Source: Haplodiscus bocki
Lineage: Eukaryota
Assembly (NCBI GenBank): GCA_965655095.1
Contig: OZ296653.1
Span: 52,948,001-53,012,000, forward strand
Direction: 5' to 3'
DNA: 64,000 bases
Shown here: in pieces, positions 12,828-24,197 of the stretch
Position numbering within the stretch: position 1 is the first letter of the stretch
Layout of the letters: every line of letters begins with the position of its first letter
The notes under the pieces: model-generated
The model's input: only the letters and a program-made list of their open reading frames with translations
What the model was told of the DNA's origin: nothing
Databases searched by the model: none
Translations under genes and position numbers: made by a program

Positions 12828-13872
12828 CGAGAAAAAAATGCGTTTTTTGCAAGGCATCTTGAAAAACCTTGTAAGATAATGCATTAGCCTTGCAAGGCTC
12901 TTGAAAGAGACTTATTAGTTTTGCAAGATTAACAAGTGCAAGACTTATTAATCTTTCCAGATTCTTGGAAGAAACTTATTAGTCTAGCCAGATTCTTGGA
13001 ATGAACTTATTAATCTTTCCAGATTCTTGAAACAGACTTATTAGTCTGGCCAGATTCTTGGAATGAACTTATTAATCTTGCCAGATTCTTGAAACAGACT
13101 TATTAGTCTGGAGAGATTGTTGAAAGGGACTTATTGGTCTTGCGAGGTTGTTGAAAGAGATTTATTAATCTTGCAAGATTCTTGAAAGGGACTCATTAAT
13201 CTTGAAAGTTTCTTGCACTTAAATTCATTGGTCTCACACAATCTTCAACAGTAATTTCAGGCTCTTCCAAGTGAAAAACACTCCTTCATACCCAAAAATG
13301 CACATTTTTCTGTAGAATTCCTGTTTGCCATCTTTTTTCTTTAACTCAGTATTTTTGGAAGAGATAGTTCATCAAGTTTTTGTCATTTTTTCCAGCTTCC
13401 AAAGATAATTTTAGTTACAAAAAAAAGAATAATATAGAGAACAACACTTCATCTGATGATATCTTCAAAGTTGTGCTGTGTGGTGATCATCATTGTCATC
13501 AGTCTGATTTCAGAAAGTGATCAAGTTTTTCCAGTTGAAACAAACATTTAAAATTTAATTTCTTGTGTTTTTGAATTTTTTGACAAGTGCAAGAAAACTA
13601 TCGATTACTCCGACCAGAACACTTTTTTGAAACATTTTACTAACTTCTAAACTAAATAAATTATGAATAATTTATCTTCAAACTAAAACCGATTTGCGTT
13701 ACAACCGTTACTTGTTTTTCTTTCTCTCCAGAGCTGAATCGAATATTATAAATGAGTTTCTTGCAAGATTTTTGAAAGAGCAATGCATCACTTGCAAGAT
13801 TCCCGCAAGAGACGCCTTTGCTGCAGGATTCTTGTAAAATCCTTGCAAATAATGTTTTTTTTTCATCTGAGA
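12828..13872. mobile_element. MITE/foldback-like non-autonomous DNA element with imperfect terminal inverted repeats
   Basis: Left end gaaaaaaatgcgttttttgcaagg...aatgcatt resembles the reverse complement of the right end aatgcatc...ccttgcaaataatgtttttttttc. Contains a subterminal tandem array. Confidence 0.55.
12910..13215. repeat. 31-bp tandem repeat (~9-10 units) with 62-bp alternating dimer
   Basis: Unit acttatta(a/g)tct.(t/g)ccagattcttg(g/a)aa.... Central units alternate ...gaaacag / ...ggaatga. Confidence 0.85.
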
Positions 13873-14358
13873 ATATCAACTTTTTCCAGACAAACCAAGA
13901 GCAATTTTGAACACGGTTTGCCTTGATTAAGTCTTTTGTGACAAAACGGATTTTTGTGGATCAAAAGGAGTTGAATAAAAAATTTTACCCCAAAAAAATT
14001 GGCCCTGAATGACGTTGAAATTTCTGATTCATAAAATTGGAGCAACAAGTTCACACTTTCTGCCCGAACATAATTTGCATTTTGAACCTGTTGAAAGTCT
14101 TTTATGAAGTTTTCTTTCAAGTGAAAGCTTGTTTCGAGTTCAAAGTATGTTGGAGGATCCTATCAAAATATTATTAACATCACTCCCGTTTGAAGATGTC
14201 AGTTCCCTTTAGAACTCTGCATTGAACATATGCCCATATATTATTCTTTCTGCGTTTTCCTCTAGACATCATTGAACAGTTTGTAGCTTTCATTTTCAAA
14301 TCACCATAATTTTTTCCACTTATTCACGAGGATTTTAAATGCAACATAATATTCTAAT

Positions 14359-14847
14359 TATTTTCCGCCATATTTATAATATGGGAGGTAAATCATCCAC
14401 TCACCGCGAAGGTTTTTTTACCCGATGTTTGCCAATTGATAATGTCCCATGTTCGACTGTTCTGACTCTTATCGGACAGTTTCTGACCTTGAATTTTTTT
14501 AATCACCAAATTATAACAAATTTTCCGTAGAACGTGACTGAATTAGTAAGATTTCTCAAAACGTATGAAATTTGGTTTTTTTTGAAAAAATAGGTGGCTT
14601 TTTTTCGGAAGATCTTGAACTTTACAAAAATGCTTAAGGTGGCAAATTCGCTGTACAATGCGTATCAAATTATTATACCTTTTTCTTAAAACTATCTTTT
14701 CCACCTTAATTGAGAAGTTTTTTGGCGAAAATTCGGAAAATTTTGAGAATTAAAAAAATTGGAAAACATGATGAAGAAAGAGAATATATTGAAATATTTA
14801 CAAAATGGGGAGGCAGAAAATATGCTGGTGGTATCCGGCCGTCTTGT
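14359..14847 (+). mobile_element. Helentron-associated (HINE/DINE-1-like) non-autonomous element
   Basis: 5' subTIR tattttccgcc with nearby IR (tatgggagg); 3' subTIR ggcagaaaata followed by GC stem-loop gctggtggtatccggc and cttgt. Homologous to copies at 48779-49268 and 58665-60606. Confidence 0.6.
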
Positions 14848-14933
14848 TCCAGTCAGAATATTTGGAAACTAGTTCAGCTTTGTTCGGGACCTGAAACCCA
14901 ATTTCTCAAAAATAAGGAATTCAATGCTGAACA

Positions 14934-14974
14934 GAGCTGATTTGCGCTGATTTGCGCTGATTTGCGCTGATTTG
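14934..14974. repeat. 10-bp tandem repeat (gctgatttgc) x4
   Basis: Directly visible. Confidence 0.9.
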
Positions 14975-15379
14975 TTCCGCAACGGTGGCACTCTGGATTG
15001 CACTTTGGATTTGAGCACTGCTGATCGGCGAAAGTGGACTTTTGAAATCCAGAAAAACCCTGATAGGTTTTGGTACAATTATGTACTTTGAAACAATCCA
15101 GCAGCTTTGATCACCCCTTAACAACCCTTTCCTCCAATCAGGGCTTGTTAATCGCTTATATACTATTAGATTTCAACATGTTTGATAAAACAAACGCGCA
15201 GCCGCCATAAGACTTCAAACATGTATTCAGAATCCTCTGGGCAGCCTAAATTTCCCAAAGTCGGAAAAAATTGTAGCAAGCCAGGAACGGCCCCAATGGG
15301 CACCGAGGCTAAGGTCCAATATATCCGTCATGGGGGTCGTTATTTTTAAAAAAATGTGGTTTAGCCGGCAAAAAAATGT

Positions 15380-15700
15380 GTTATAAATATGTCTTTTTAT
15401 ACAAGTATGTTATTTTCTTCATAGATTGTTTTTTTTTGGCAAAATCTTAATTTTTTTTCAAAATCACTAAAGTTGGTCAATGTGCTGAAAAATACGTATC
15501 AAATGATACTATTTCTTAAAAATGTCTTTTCCATGTCAATTGAGAGGTTTTATTGGCAAAAAATCAGAAAAATTTTAGATTTAAAAAATTAGAAAATATG
15601 ATGAAAATAGATTTATTTTGAAAAAAAAAAACGCTTTGAATTTTTGAAAGGCATCTTTAGCAAAATGAAAAGGCGGAAAATATGCACAGCCGCCTTGTTG
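15380..15700 (+). mobile_element. 3' fragment of the same HINE-like family
   Basis: cgtatcaaat...cttaaaa...ttttcca...aattgaga...ggcggaaaatatgc...cttgtt matches 14650-14847. Confidence 0.55.
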
Positions 15701-17120
15701 TAAAATCAAACAAAGTGATAGAATAATAAAATAAATACATGTATAGCGATCCTTGTACAACAGTGATTTTAATTAATGCGACAACTTTAATGCATAAGTC
15801 AAATTTAAGCACGAATAACTTCGGGAATAATCATTTTGGACAAAAGTACCAGAAACAAAAATATTCTTAGAATTTTTAGGAGATTATAATGGTGTTAGTT
15901 TGAAAAATTTCCAATGAATCTAGCAAAAACTAGAAATGCGTTTTTGGCCAAATTTTCTATTCTTTTCAGGATTTCGTATCATTAAAAAAATAATGGAATT
16001 CTACTTCATCAATAGATGCCCCTGATGTTTCTACGACAGCTGATATCATCTGTAGGCGGAAAAGTTTTCAAAAACTATTCCAAAATTCATCTTGAATCTA
16101 CTAAATTTGAAAATCAATGTATTAAAATAGGATGGTAAGATAATACTTTTACTTTATGCAATTTCTTCTGAAAATTCAAAGTTGTGAAAAAAGTGTTATA
16201 GATAAAAGTTCTGGGAAATAACCAAAATTAACAAACTATGTAATTTGTTTGTCGCTATTTTGCGTCATTGTCAAGATTTTTTAAAGAAAACTGCCAAAAT
16301 TAGTCATTTTTCGCCATGCTTGCATAGTTTATTTAGTCAACTTTGGGACGCGAGTTTCTACCCTTTTGAAGTACTTCTTTTGGCAAATAAAAAAACCATG
16401 TCGTAGCCGTCTTAATGAGCTTTCTCAGAGGACCTTTGTTTACTCTGATCTCCAATTTTTTACTTCTCCACTTAGGATTTTGTAAAGCTTATATGATCAC
16501 AAAGGTGGTCTATCGACTTGATTATTGTCTCAAATATTAACAAAATAGTAATAATCTAAAATAGCATTCTGTGGAACCGATAACACGTACAATTGTGAGT
16601 GAAAATTTTAAACTCTGAAGTACGTCGTGTATTAATTTTTGACTCAGCGCACCTTAGAGATTACAACTAACGTGGGTAGTTAAAAAATTTTGAGACGAAC
16701 TAAATTTGACGTGTAGTCAGTTATATACAGAACAGAACTGCTACTTTTCTAATTTTCAGAAAAATATATGAATTCCTTTTCAAACTATAAACAGAGACGC
16801 AGTTGCTGCTCAATATTTTGCGGAAGCGTTTTTCAGTGAATTGAACTAACCAGAATGTCTGAATAAAATTGGGAAAAAATATTTGCTTGAATCGAATACA
16901 ACCTCCGTCTAGGGGGATTCTGTCAACTTCCAATAAAACCGTCTAAGCGAATTCTGTCAACTTCAGCCAAGAAAACTCTGCAAAATAAGTAAATCGTACT
17001 TACTCTAATGTCCATGCATAGTTACGTCCATGCATAAAACGAACGCTCAAGTGTCAAAGTATGCCGTTTTGGTTTTGAAAAAATCTTGGCAAAACTACCA
17101 TTTTTATTTACGAATTATTT

Positions 17121-17270
17121 ACGAATTACTCTGACTATGATAAGGTGAGGTTGTCTAAAACTGGCCTAGAGAGCCTGGAGAAAGTGAAGTAAAATTTCTG
17201 TACAAATTTTATAAAGGTCACGTATTAAAAAAAAAACATAAATAAGTTATAGTTTTGTGGGTCCTTTACA
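17121..17270 (-). repeat. 3' LTR (recognisable part)
   Basis: Starts TGTAAAG on the - strand right after a purine-rich tract. About 10 mismatches in the first 110 bp versus 29282-29433. Confidence 0.75.
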
Positions 17271-17285
17271 TCAGTTCCTCCATTC
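17271..17285 (-). other. Polypurine tract (PPT)
   Basis: GAATGGAGGAACTGA immediately precedes the TG of the 3' LTR. Confidence 0.55.
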
Positions 17286-17289
17286 AAGA

Positions 17290-18230
17290 ACTGCGTCCCG
17301 CATTTCCATTTATGGTAAAAAAACTTCCAGTATGTGGAAGTGTCAAGATCGTTAAAAGGGCAGCAGAAACTACACAGCTGAGATTTCTGATTTCGGACTG
17401 CTCTAAGACCACAACAGTCCAAAATTCTTCTGTTCTTCGATGTGAACAAAATGTCATAGATACCAGTTACCATTGTTGCTATATTGTTCGCGTTGGAGTC
17501 GTAAACATTTTTTTACAATTTTCCTGCTGCGTGGCAGTTTCGGGAACCCCAAGAAACCTGTAGCAGTCAGCAGCAGTGAGGCGGTCGAAATTTGTTTCAG
17601 CAAAAGATTGAAGTATTTCATAGAGACAATCACGGGCTCCTTCATTTGCTTGGGTCACTTGTTTCTTCTTTCAATTCTTTAAGGTGAGTTGTACTTTGTC
17701 GGAAGTCGCGAGCCAAGACATCATTATCCTTTAACAACTTCTCATAACGGTTTCAAAAGAGGTTAAAAGACTTTCGGAGGCCGGAGAGTTCATCTTCCTT
17801 CTCTTTGACTTGTGCTTCTGACTTTTCAATTTCATTAGCCTCACGAAGTAGAGCAGCAAATTCTTTCATCTCCATAGAAGGTGTATTGCAGCCGATGGTG
17901 TGATTATTGGGAGGCGACGTAGAATTTGAAATGTGCATGGCGTCCGGAAGGACAGGAGGAGCAACAAGAGAGCAAAAGTTTTATTCTACGATGGGGTCTG
18001 TCTTGACAGCGAGGGTGGTCATTGGTTTCGGAGGAGCCCAAAGCGCTGAGAAACCAACAAAGAAAGAGCGGCGGCGGCTGTCGAAAACAGGGTGAATCAT
18101 AACGCTATTTGTTGAAGGTACGACGCAAACCGCGTGGTGTGGAAATGGGTCCACGATATACACGGTGTCACGACAAGCTACATCCTTAAACTGAACATCG
18201 ACTGTGAGAACTCGGGACCGGGAGTGAGAC
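17290..18230 (-). pseudogene. Accessory ORF downstream of env: coiled coil, DnaJ-like J-domain and Cys-rich tail
   Basis: One frame across two stops gives ...MEMKEFAALLREANEIEKSEAQVKEKEDELSGLRKSFNLF*NRYEKLLKDNDVLARDF.... After frameshifts: DCYRFLGVPETATQQE/IVKKCLRL/ANNIATMVTGIYDILFTSKNRRILDCCGL...CSFC. Confidence 0.7.
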
Positions 18231-18671
18231 CTGAAATGAAAAAGCGCTTGAAAAAGTTTACTATAAAACCCAAAAAAGAAAAGCGGTAAGTTTCTTATGC
18301 ATGGGCGTGGGCGAAAAGGTTCTTGAGTTAACTCAAGCACACGGCGAAAACGTTCTGCCTTAGAGCCGGAATCTGCAACTAAGCGTCGAGAAAAAAACCT
18401 CATTCAAGCGTCCAGAAAAAAAGTGTCAAGCAATGGTCAGCAAAAAAAATTTCACAACGTGTGAGTTAGATACGACATAAGAAGGGGTGTGAAAAAGAAA
18501 AACTCGCGGTACAAACAGGAACAAGAATGAGTTCTCGCTGTAAAACTGAAGATAGAATCAGTATTTGACCTCAGTGAACTGACACTGGACGCAAGTAGAT
18601 TGTGATACATAATATATAATAAACAGGACATAAAATTGGAAGGGGAATAGGAGGTTTGCGGTGGTCAAGCA

Positions 18672-20990
18672 TTAGGTGTGAAGTACGTGTGCGACAACGG
18701 AGTAGAGGAGGGGTTGTTCTATGGATGCGTTGCTTTTGGGACAAGTGGCATCTTTGCGACGTGTGAGAACTTCTTTGGCAACTTGGGATGACACTGAAAA
18801 TTCGTCTACGGTTAAATAAAGAAACGCAGTTGATGCTTGCGTATCATCTGCGGCAAGCTCGTTAATAACGTGTAAAAATCGTCCTTGTGTACCGCGGAAG
18901 AACCGTTGCGGATGAGTGATCAACTGCTTCTACTGACGTCAGAACAAAATGAAACGTAGTAGTGAGAGATGGGCTCAGCGACTTCTTTAAGTTTATCAAA
19001 ATCCATAGTGTGAACTTCCTGTAACTCTGCTAGTTCCATGCGGACACTAGTCAGGACAGACTTGTGTGCCTCGCTGTGAGAATACATGTTAAACTCGGAA
19101 CTAGGTGGTGGTAAAGACTCAATGAATCTTTGCAACGATGGGGTTAGTTGCACTCTGGCGACAAATGTCTCCGGACGAGTTTCATAGTATTCCATGTCGG
19201 CGTTCAAAACAAGATCTCCATGGTTGACCGTCAGTATCGACCAGCAACATGGGCGAATGACACATGCTTGACAGTCAATAGTGGACATTCTAGTGACATG
19301 AGAATCGGTATCGTTCATCGTCGGAAGGTGGCGTCTTCGTGAGATGACGTGATAAAGACCATCTGCGAGGTAAAAAGCTTGCGGGACATTAGGTAACGGA
19401 ACTGATACAAGATGACATTTTCGAGGAACCGGAACAGTAAAAATGTAGAACAGGAACGTGAGACACAAAGAGGTTACATCTGTGGTATTAGAAAATCCTT
19501 TACGATAGAGCTTGATTCTATTCGTGTCTGAGCACTGTTGTAACATGGCAACACCTAGTTTGGCATACGGGGACTTGTCGATCGCGATTGTTAAATAGTC
19601 ATGACGGAACTGATACAAAGAAGCAATCGAGCCATCCTCACTGGGCTGATACAATGGAAGTTCACGAAGAAGATTGAATGTGGCAGACTTAGAAGTCATC
19701 GGTATCCCAAGTACAGCACAGATACCAAAAACTAGGATGGAAACTACTTCAAATACAAATTGAACTTCGTAATACGTGTCTTTGTAACCAACTTACATGG
19801 CTGGTGTTGTATTAGTTCCACGATGAACTTCTTCTATTGTGATCCCTTAAACAATCTCGGCTAGACGAATGGGTGTTAGGAAAATAGGAAAGACAGAGCC
19901 GGACGATAATGAAGATACTGCTGAATAAAGATTAGTTTTGTAAGAAATGAAGGCTGATCGGTAGGCTTTATGACGAGTGTAGACAAGATCCAAATACGAA
20001 GTGCATTTTGCAACTTTAAAAACAAGATTGCTAAAGTGTTTAGTATGGACCATACAATGGGGAAAATAGATCAAGGAATGAGTGAGTTGATCTATAGCTC
20101 TGGACGTGGTGGTGAAACAGTTTTCGACTACATCTCTAATTGCCTTGACATTTTCCAGTGTCTTTGATATCTCCGAACGGAAGAGAACAAATTTTCTGCC
20201 GTTGGTGGTTTGAACCGTTTTCATTGCTTCAACAAATGAATTCTGTTTGGCCATGAGGGTTGCTATGCCCTTCTTCAAATCTTTAATATCGCTGCACAGT
20301 ATGATAATAGAGAGAGCACTGAACACTGAATACTGCATCTTTTATTGGGTTGCCAAAAAAGCTAGTTCCTCCAGATGCGGCCATGAATACAGGAAAAAGG
20401 CAACGTTGCAGAGAATGTCCCGTTTGTCCTTTGTCTTCGTTCGGTTTCGTGGGCGACGGTGCGAAAGAATTGGCAGCTCGATGGCGTTCAAGGTCATTGT
20501 TTGCAATGGCTTTTTGTTCATTCAAGACAAGATTCAGGCGATCTTCGATTCACTCAGCTAAAACTGCCAACTTTGCTAACATATCATTGCTTTTGACCAC
20601 CCAAAACATGGGTGTAGGAAAATATTGGCCTGTGGTGGAATCGATTTTATCTAGTATTGGAAAGATTTTGATGCGCCTCTAAGACAATCTGCCTTAGACG
20701 GAGGGCTCCAGCGGGGTCGAATGCTGGTGGTTAATGAATTTGTGAAGGAAGTCTAAGCTTACTCTCACGATCGGATGTGACGGCTTGATAAGCGTAGATA
20801 TACACTGCGCCTCGCTGGAAAACCGGGTCTTTTTTCTCGGAGCTGCGCTTGTTTGGAAAGTAATTTCAGAACTGATCATAAGGAACCAGGATTTCAAGAA
20901 GATAATGGCATTTAGCCAAGGACATGTTTCACGGCGTTGGTACTAAACAAAAGTAGAAAAAATTAGAAAGACACGAAGGGTACACAATGG
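18672..20990 (-). pseudogene. env: env-like (class I fusion glycoprotein-like) gene
   Basis: Downstream of IN. Hydrophobic signal-like start (~20990-20930); fusion-peptide-like LFPVFMAASGGTSFFGNPIKDAV; heptad region (ORF 19847-20338) ending SSLSSGSVFPIFLTPIRLAEIV; Cys-containing ectodomain (18920-19699); tail ITHPQRFFRG. Confidence 0.75.
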
Positions 20991-21701
20991 AAACAAGTGA
21001 GATAAATGACTGATGAGAACAAAAAGGAAGACTACTTTTTCTTATCATGCTTTGATTTATGGGAGCTATGTTTCTCTTTACTTTGACTTGTGTTCTCTGA
21101 CTTCCAATGGCTGGGAAAGTGTTTCTCTAATTGGTGAAGCGGTTGTGCATGACGTTGAAGCAATGTTGACGAACGTAATTGACCCGGACATACGGCTTGA
21201 CTATCAAGCTTGGCAGACTCTTCAGGAGTAGCTGAACAGTCCAAGCTTTCTGCGGCGTTAGACATGGGACTCTCAACTGAAGGAGAGGAGAAAGTTGAGT
21301 CTAGTTGTACGGAAATTTTCATGGAGAAACTTGAAAGACCAAAAAGTGTCATTAATTACAAATTGGGCTTACGATGGAACTTGAAACAAATCCAGAGGTG
21401 GACTAAAAGGAGTGGTTCTGCTAGGAACCAAGGATGCTCGTTCTGGTCTTGCAGCAGTTGAAGAGCCTTGGATTGGAGTTTCCAAGATAAAAAGTGCAGA
21501 AAATGGGGCTGGACAGGCACTTCGGGGTCGAGGGCTGGGTGGAATTTGGTCAAACAAGCTTTGGGAACAGTTACAATGTTGGTGAAGAGCGGTGTGTGGT
21601 TTTTGTGCCGATTTGTTTGTCAGCTCCTTGGGGAGATTTGGTTTACGCCTTGGAAGCTGTAGTTCTTCCGGGCGTTGAATGAATGGTTTTAAAGGGTCTT
21701 A

Positions 21702-22950
21702 TTAAACGATGGTCTCCTTTTGATTCGCTGTGTTCTTGGTTTTATAGGTAACTTCATTAAGACACTGTATAATTGTGAAAAGACCTTTCCGCATGGATGA
21801 AAGTTCAGGACTCAATCCTTTGGGGGTGATGGAGCTATGTAGCCAAACACTGTCACCTGGCTGGTATCGGGGGCCATGCGTTTTAGAATCACACAAAGGG
21901 TTGCGTCGCAGTTGAGCAGCTTGAAGATGAAGGCGTGCTGCTTCGTGAGTTCTTTGCATGTCGGCACATTTTTGTTGGATAAACTGATGCACATGAATCT
22001 TGTTCCATTCTTCTGGAGAAGGGTAGTGATTATCAATGAAGAGGTTGATTTTTTCGCCAAAAACAAGAAAATGGGGTTTCTAACCTGTCGATTCATGGAC
22101 TAAGCTTCGAATTGTCATCGTCAAATTCGCACGTTGCTGAGTCCAATGGTTTTGGAGGTCAACAAAAATTTTGGACAACATATTCAGGAAAAGTTCTCTT
22201 CATTCGTTCGATCACAGCGTTCGATTAGGGATGGAAGGTTGTAGTTCGCGTTTAATCAATCTGAAGGGACTGCATGAGACTTTGGTAAAAATTAGATTCA
22301 AAGTTTCGACCTTGGTCTGTGTAAATGCTCACGGGAACGCCAAAACGAACAATCCGAAGCTCAAGTAGTGCGGTAGCAGTCATTTCAACTGTCTGATCTG
22401 TCAATGGGACTGCCTCATACCACTTTGTGAAGTGATCACCAAATAATGCAAAATATGCGTTATCATTTAAGACCGGAAGAGGTCCAAGGAAGTCAAAACC
22501 AATGTGAGCAAAAGGGAAACTAAGAAGGCCAAATGACAAGGCTGTGTCTTTGTTTTTGCTTGGGGCTGTTACAGTGTTGACAAACAAGACCACTTGAGAC
22601 AAACACACCTACATCTTTCTTACTTCCTGGCCAATAGAATCTTGGTCGAAGTTTATCTAGGGTTTTTGTAACTCCTAGATGGGCAGCTGTTGTGGAATTG
22701 TGAAATGATTCTAGGATTTTGGGTCGCAATGTTGTTGCAACGACTTGTTGTAGGTGACATCGGTCTGTGCTTGAATCCTCAAACTACGGCACAGGATATC
22801 ATTCACGACGTTGAGGAAGTCAAAATTGTTCCAAAAAAACCAAGTGTTTATTGAATGGCCTTGAAGGACTGAGCGACGGGGCTGTTTCCTGTTTTCCACC
22901 CAAGAAAGAACGGTGCTAAGAGTTTGATCGTCTTCTTGTGCATGTTGCAT
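21702..22950 (-). pseudogene. pol: pol: integrase
   Basis: Zn-binding HNSTTAAHLGVTKTLDKLRPRFYWPG...CQHC; core PFAHIGFDFLGPLP...GDHFTKWYEAVPL...FGVPVSIYTDQGRNFES; GPF-like KGLFTIIQCLNEVTY. Confidence 0.95.
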
Positions 22951-23013
22951 GTCATTCTTTGTTCCCTTTTCTTTTTGAGTCCCGCTAGAACTGGAATTCT
23001 GCTGTTACGGTTG

Positions 23014-23430
23014 CATATAAACCGTAACTTTGGCGAGCGAGTTGTGGAAGACATCCGTGATGATTCCTTTCACTTCAAACCAATTAAGCCTGTCGAGTCC
23101 TGTCGAAAGTTGTTGTTGGCTTATCTTTTCAATTTTGTGTTTCTGCGCGTGTTGCAACATGGTTTTGAATGCTGCACGTAGGGAACTATACGTCGGTTTG
23201 TTCCAAAATCTGGGCTTGATAATCAAGTGATAAATGAATGTAGTCGGAGAAATTTGTTGTGCGTAAAGGTTTCTTTTCGACGCTTTCGACCCAAACTCGA
23301 GGTATGTGGTTGGAAACTCTTCCCTAACCTGCTTGGCAATACCTCCAGCCAGCTTGAAGTCTGCTAAAATGCTATGGGTTTTTTAATCTGTGGAATCAAA
23401 TAGATATCCACTCATTTCTACTAGTTCGAA
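23014..23430 (-). pseudogene. pol-embedded macrodomain (TARG1/OARD1/Poa1p-like)
   Basis: In frame with RNase H, one stop: FELVEMSGYLFDSTD*KTHSILADFKLAGGIAKQVREEF...FIYHLIIKPRFWNKPTYSSLRAAF...STGLDRLNWFEVKGIITDVFHNSLAKVTVY. This parallels TARG1 GDLF..LAHCIS.D..MGAGIA..YLITK..KPTY..GLDRLQW..EVF..ITVY. Confidence 0.88.
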
Positions 23431-23699
23431 TTGTTTTAATTTTTCTGTTTGGCAGACAATCTGTACGAAGTCAAAACTTTGATGACTTCTCTCTTGGGCA
23501 TCATCTTTCGTATAGAGATGCTGTTGCTGCAATTTTGTCTTCGCTTGCTTCTTCTTGTAGGTGACTGGTTTTCTTCTGTTGCCCGTGCCAGGAGGTTTTG
23601 GCCATTCTGTGTCACTTGCTTCGTCGTTATTCAGCGTTGGGTGCTTTGCTTCTGCACCGCGCGTAAGTGCATACACCTGATCCGTGGTGGCATCTTGAC

Positions 23700-24070
23700 T
23701 GGGAATACTGGACATAGAGTCCGAGTGTCCAATATTTTTTCCACTGCGGTGGACAATTTCGTATTCAAAAGTTGCTAGTTTTTCTAGCCAACGTGCTGTT
23801 AAACAATCAAGGCCTTTGAAATTATGAAGCCACTGCAAAGGTCTCTGATCAGTGACAGTTTGGAATTTTCTTCCTAACAAGTAAAACTTGAAATATCTGG
23901 TGAAATTCAAAATGGCCAAAAGTTCACGCTTCCTGGCAAAAAATCGGCTCTAGGCTTTGCTGAAGGATTTGGATGCGTGTCAAATGACGCGTTCTGGACC
24001 ATTTTGAACTTGAGCGAGCACTGCACCCATTGCATGCTGGCTAGCATCAGTATACAATATGAAAAAATTT
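23700..24070 (-). pseudogene. pol: pol: RNase H
   Basis: YTDASQHAMGAVLAQ...RELLAILNFTRYFKFYLLGRKFQTVTDQRPLQWL...ARWLEKLATFEYEIVHRSGK. Confidence 0.95.
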
Positions 24071-24197
24071 TCTCGTGCTCAGGAAAGCCAAAAATAAGGC
24101 GGAGGTGAGTATCGTTTTCACAACTTCAAATGCTTCTTGGGCTTGGAAATCCAGAGGAAATGTTCTTATTTCTCGGTCAGTTGATGCAGTGGACGGG

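Noticed and set aside
12910-13215. 31-bp repeats as a CRISPR array
   Set aside because: Units are head-to-tail with no unique spacers, there are no cas genes, and the context is eukaryotic. The same applies to the 95-bp and 27-bp arrays.
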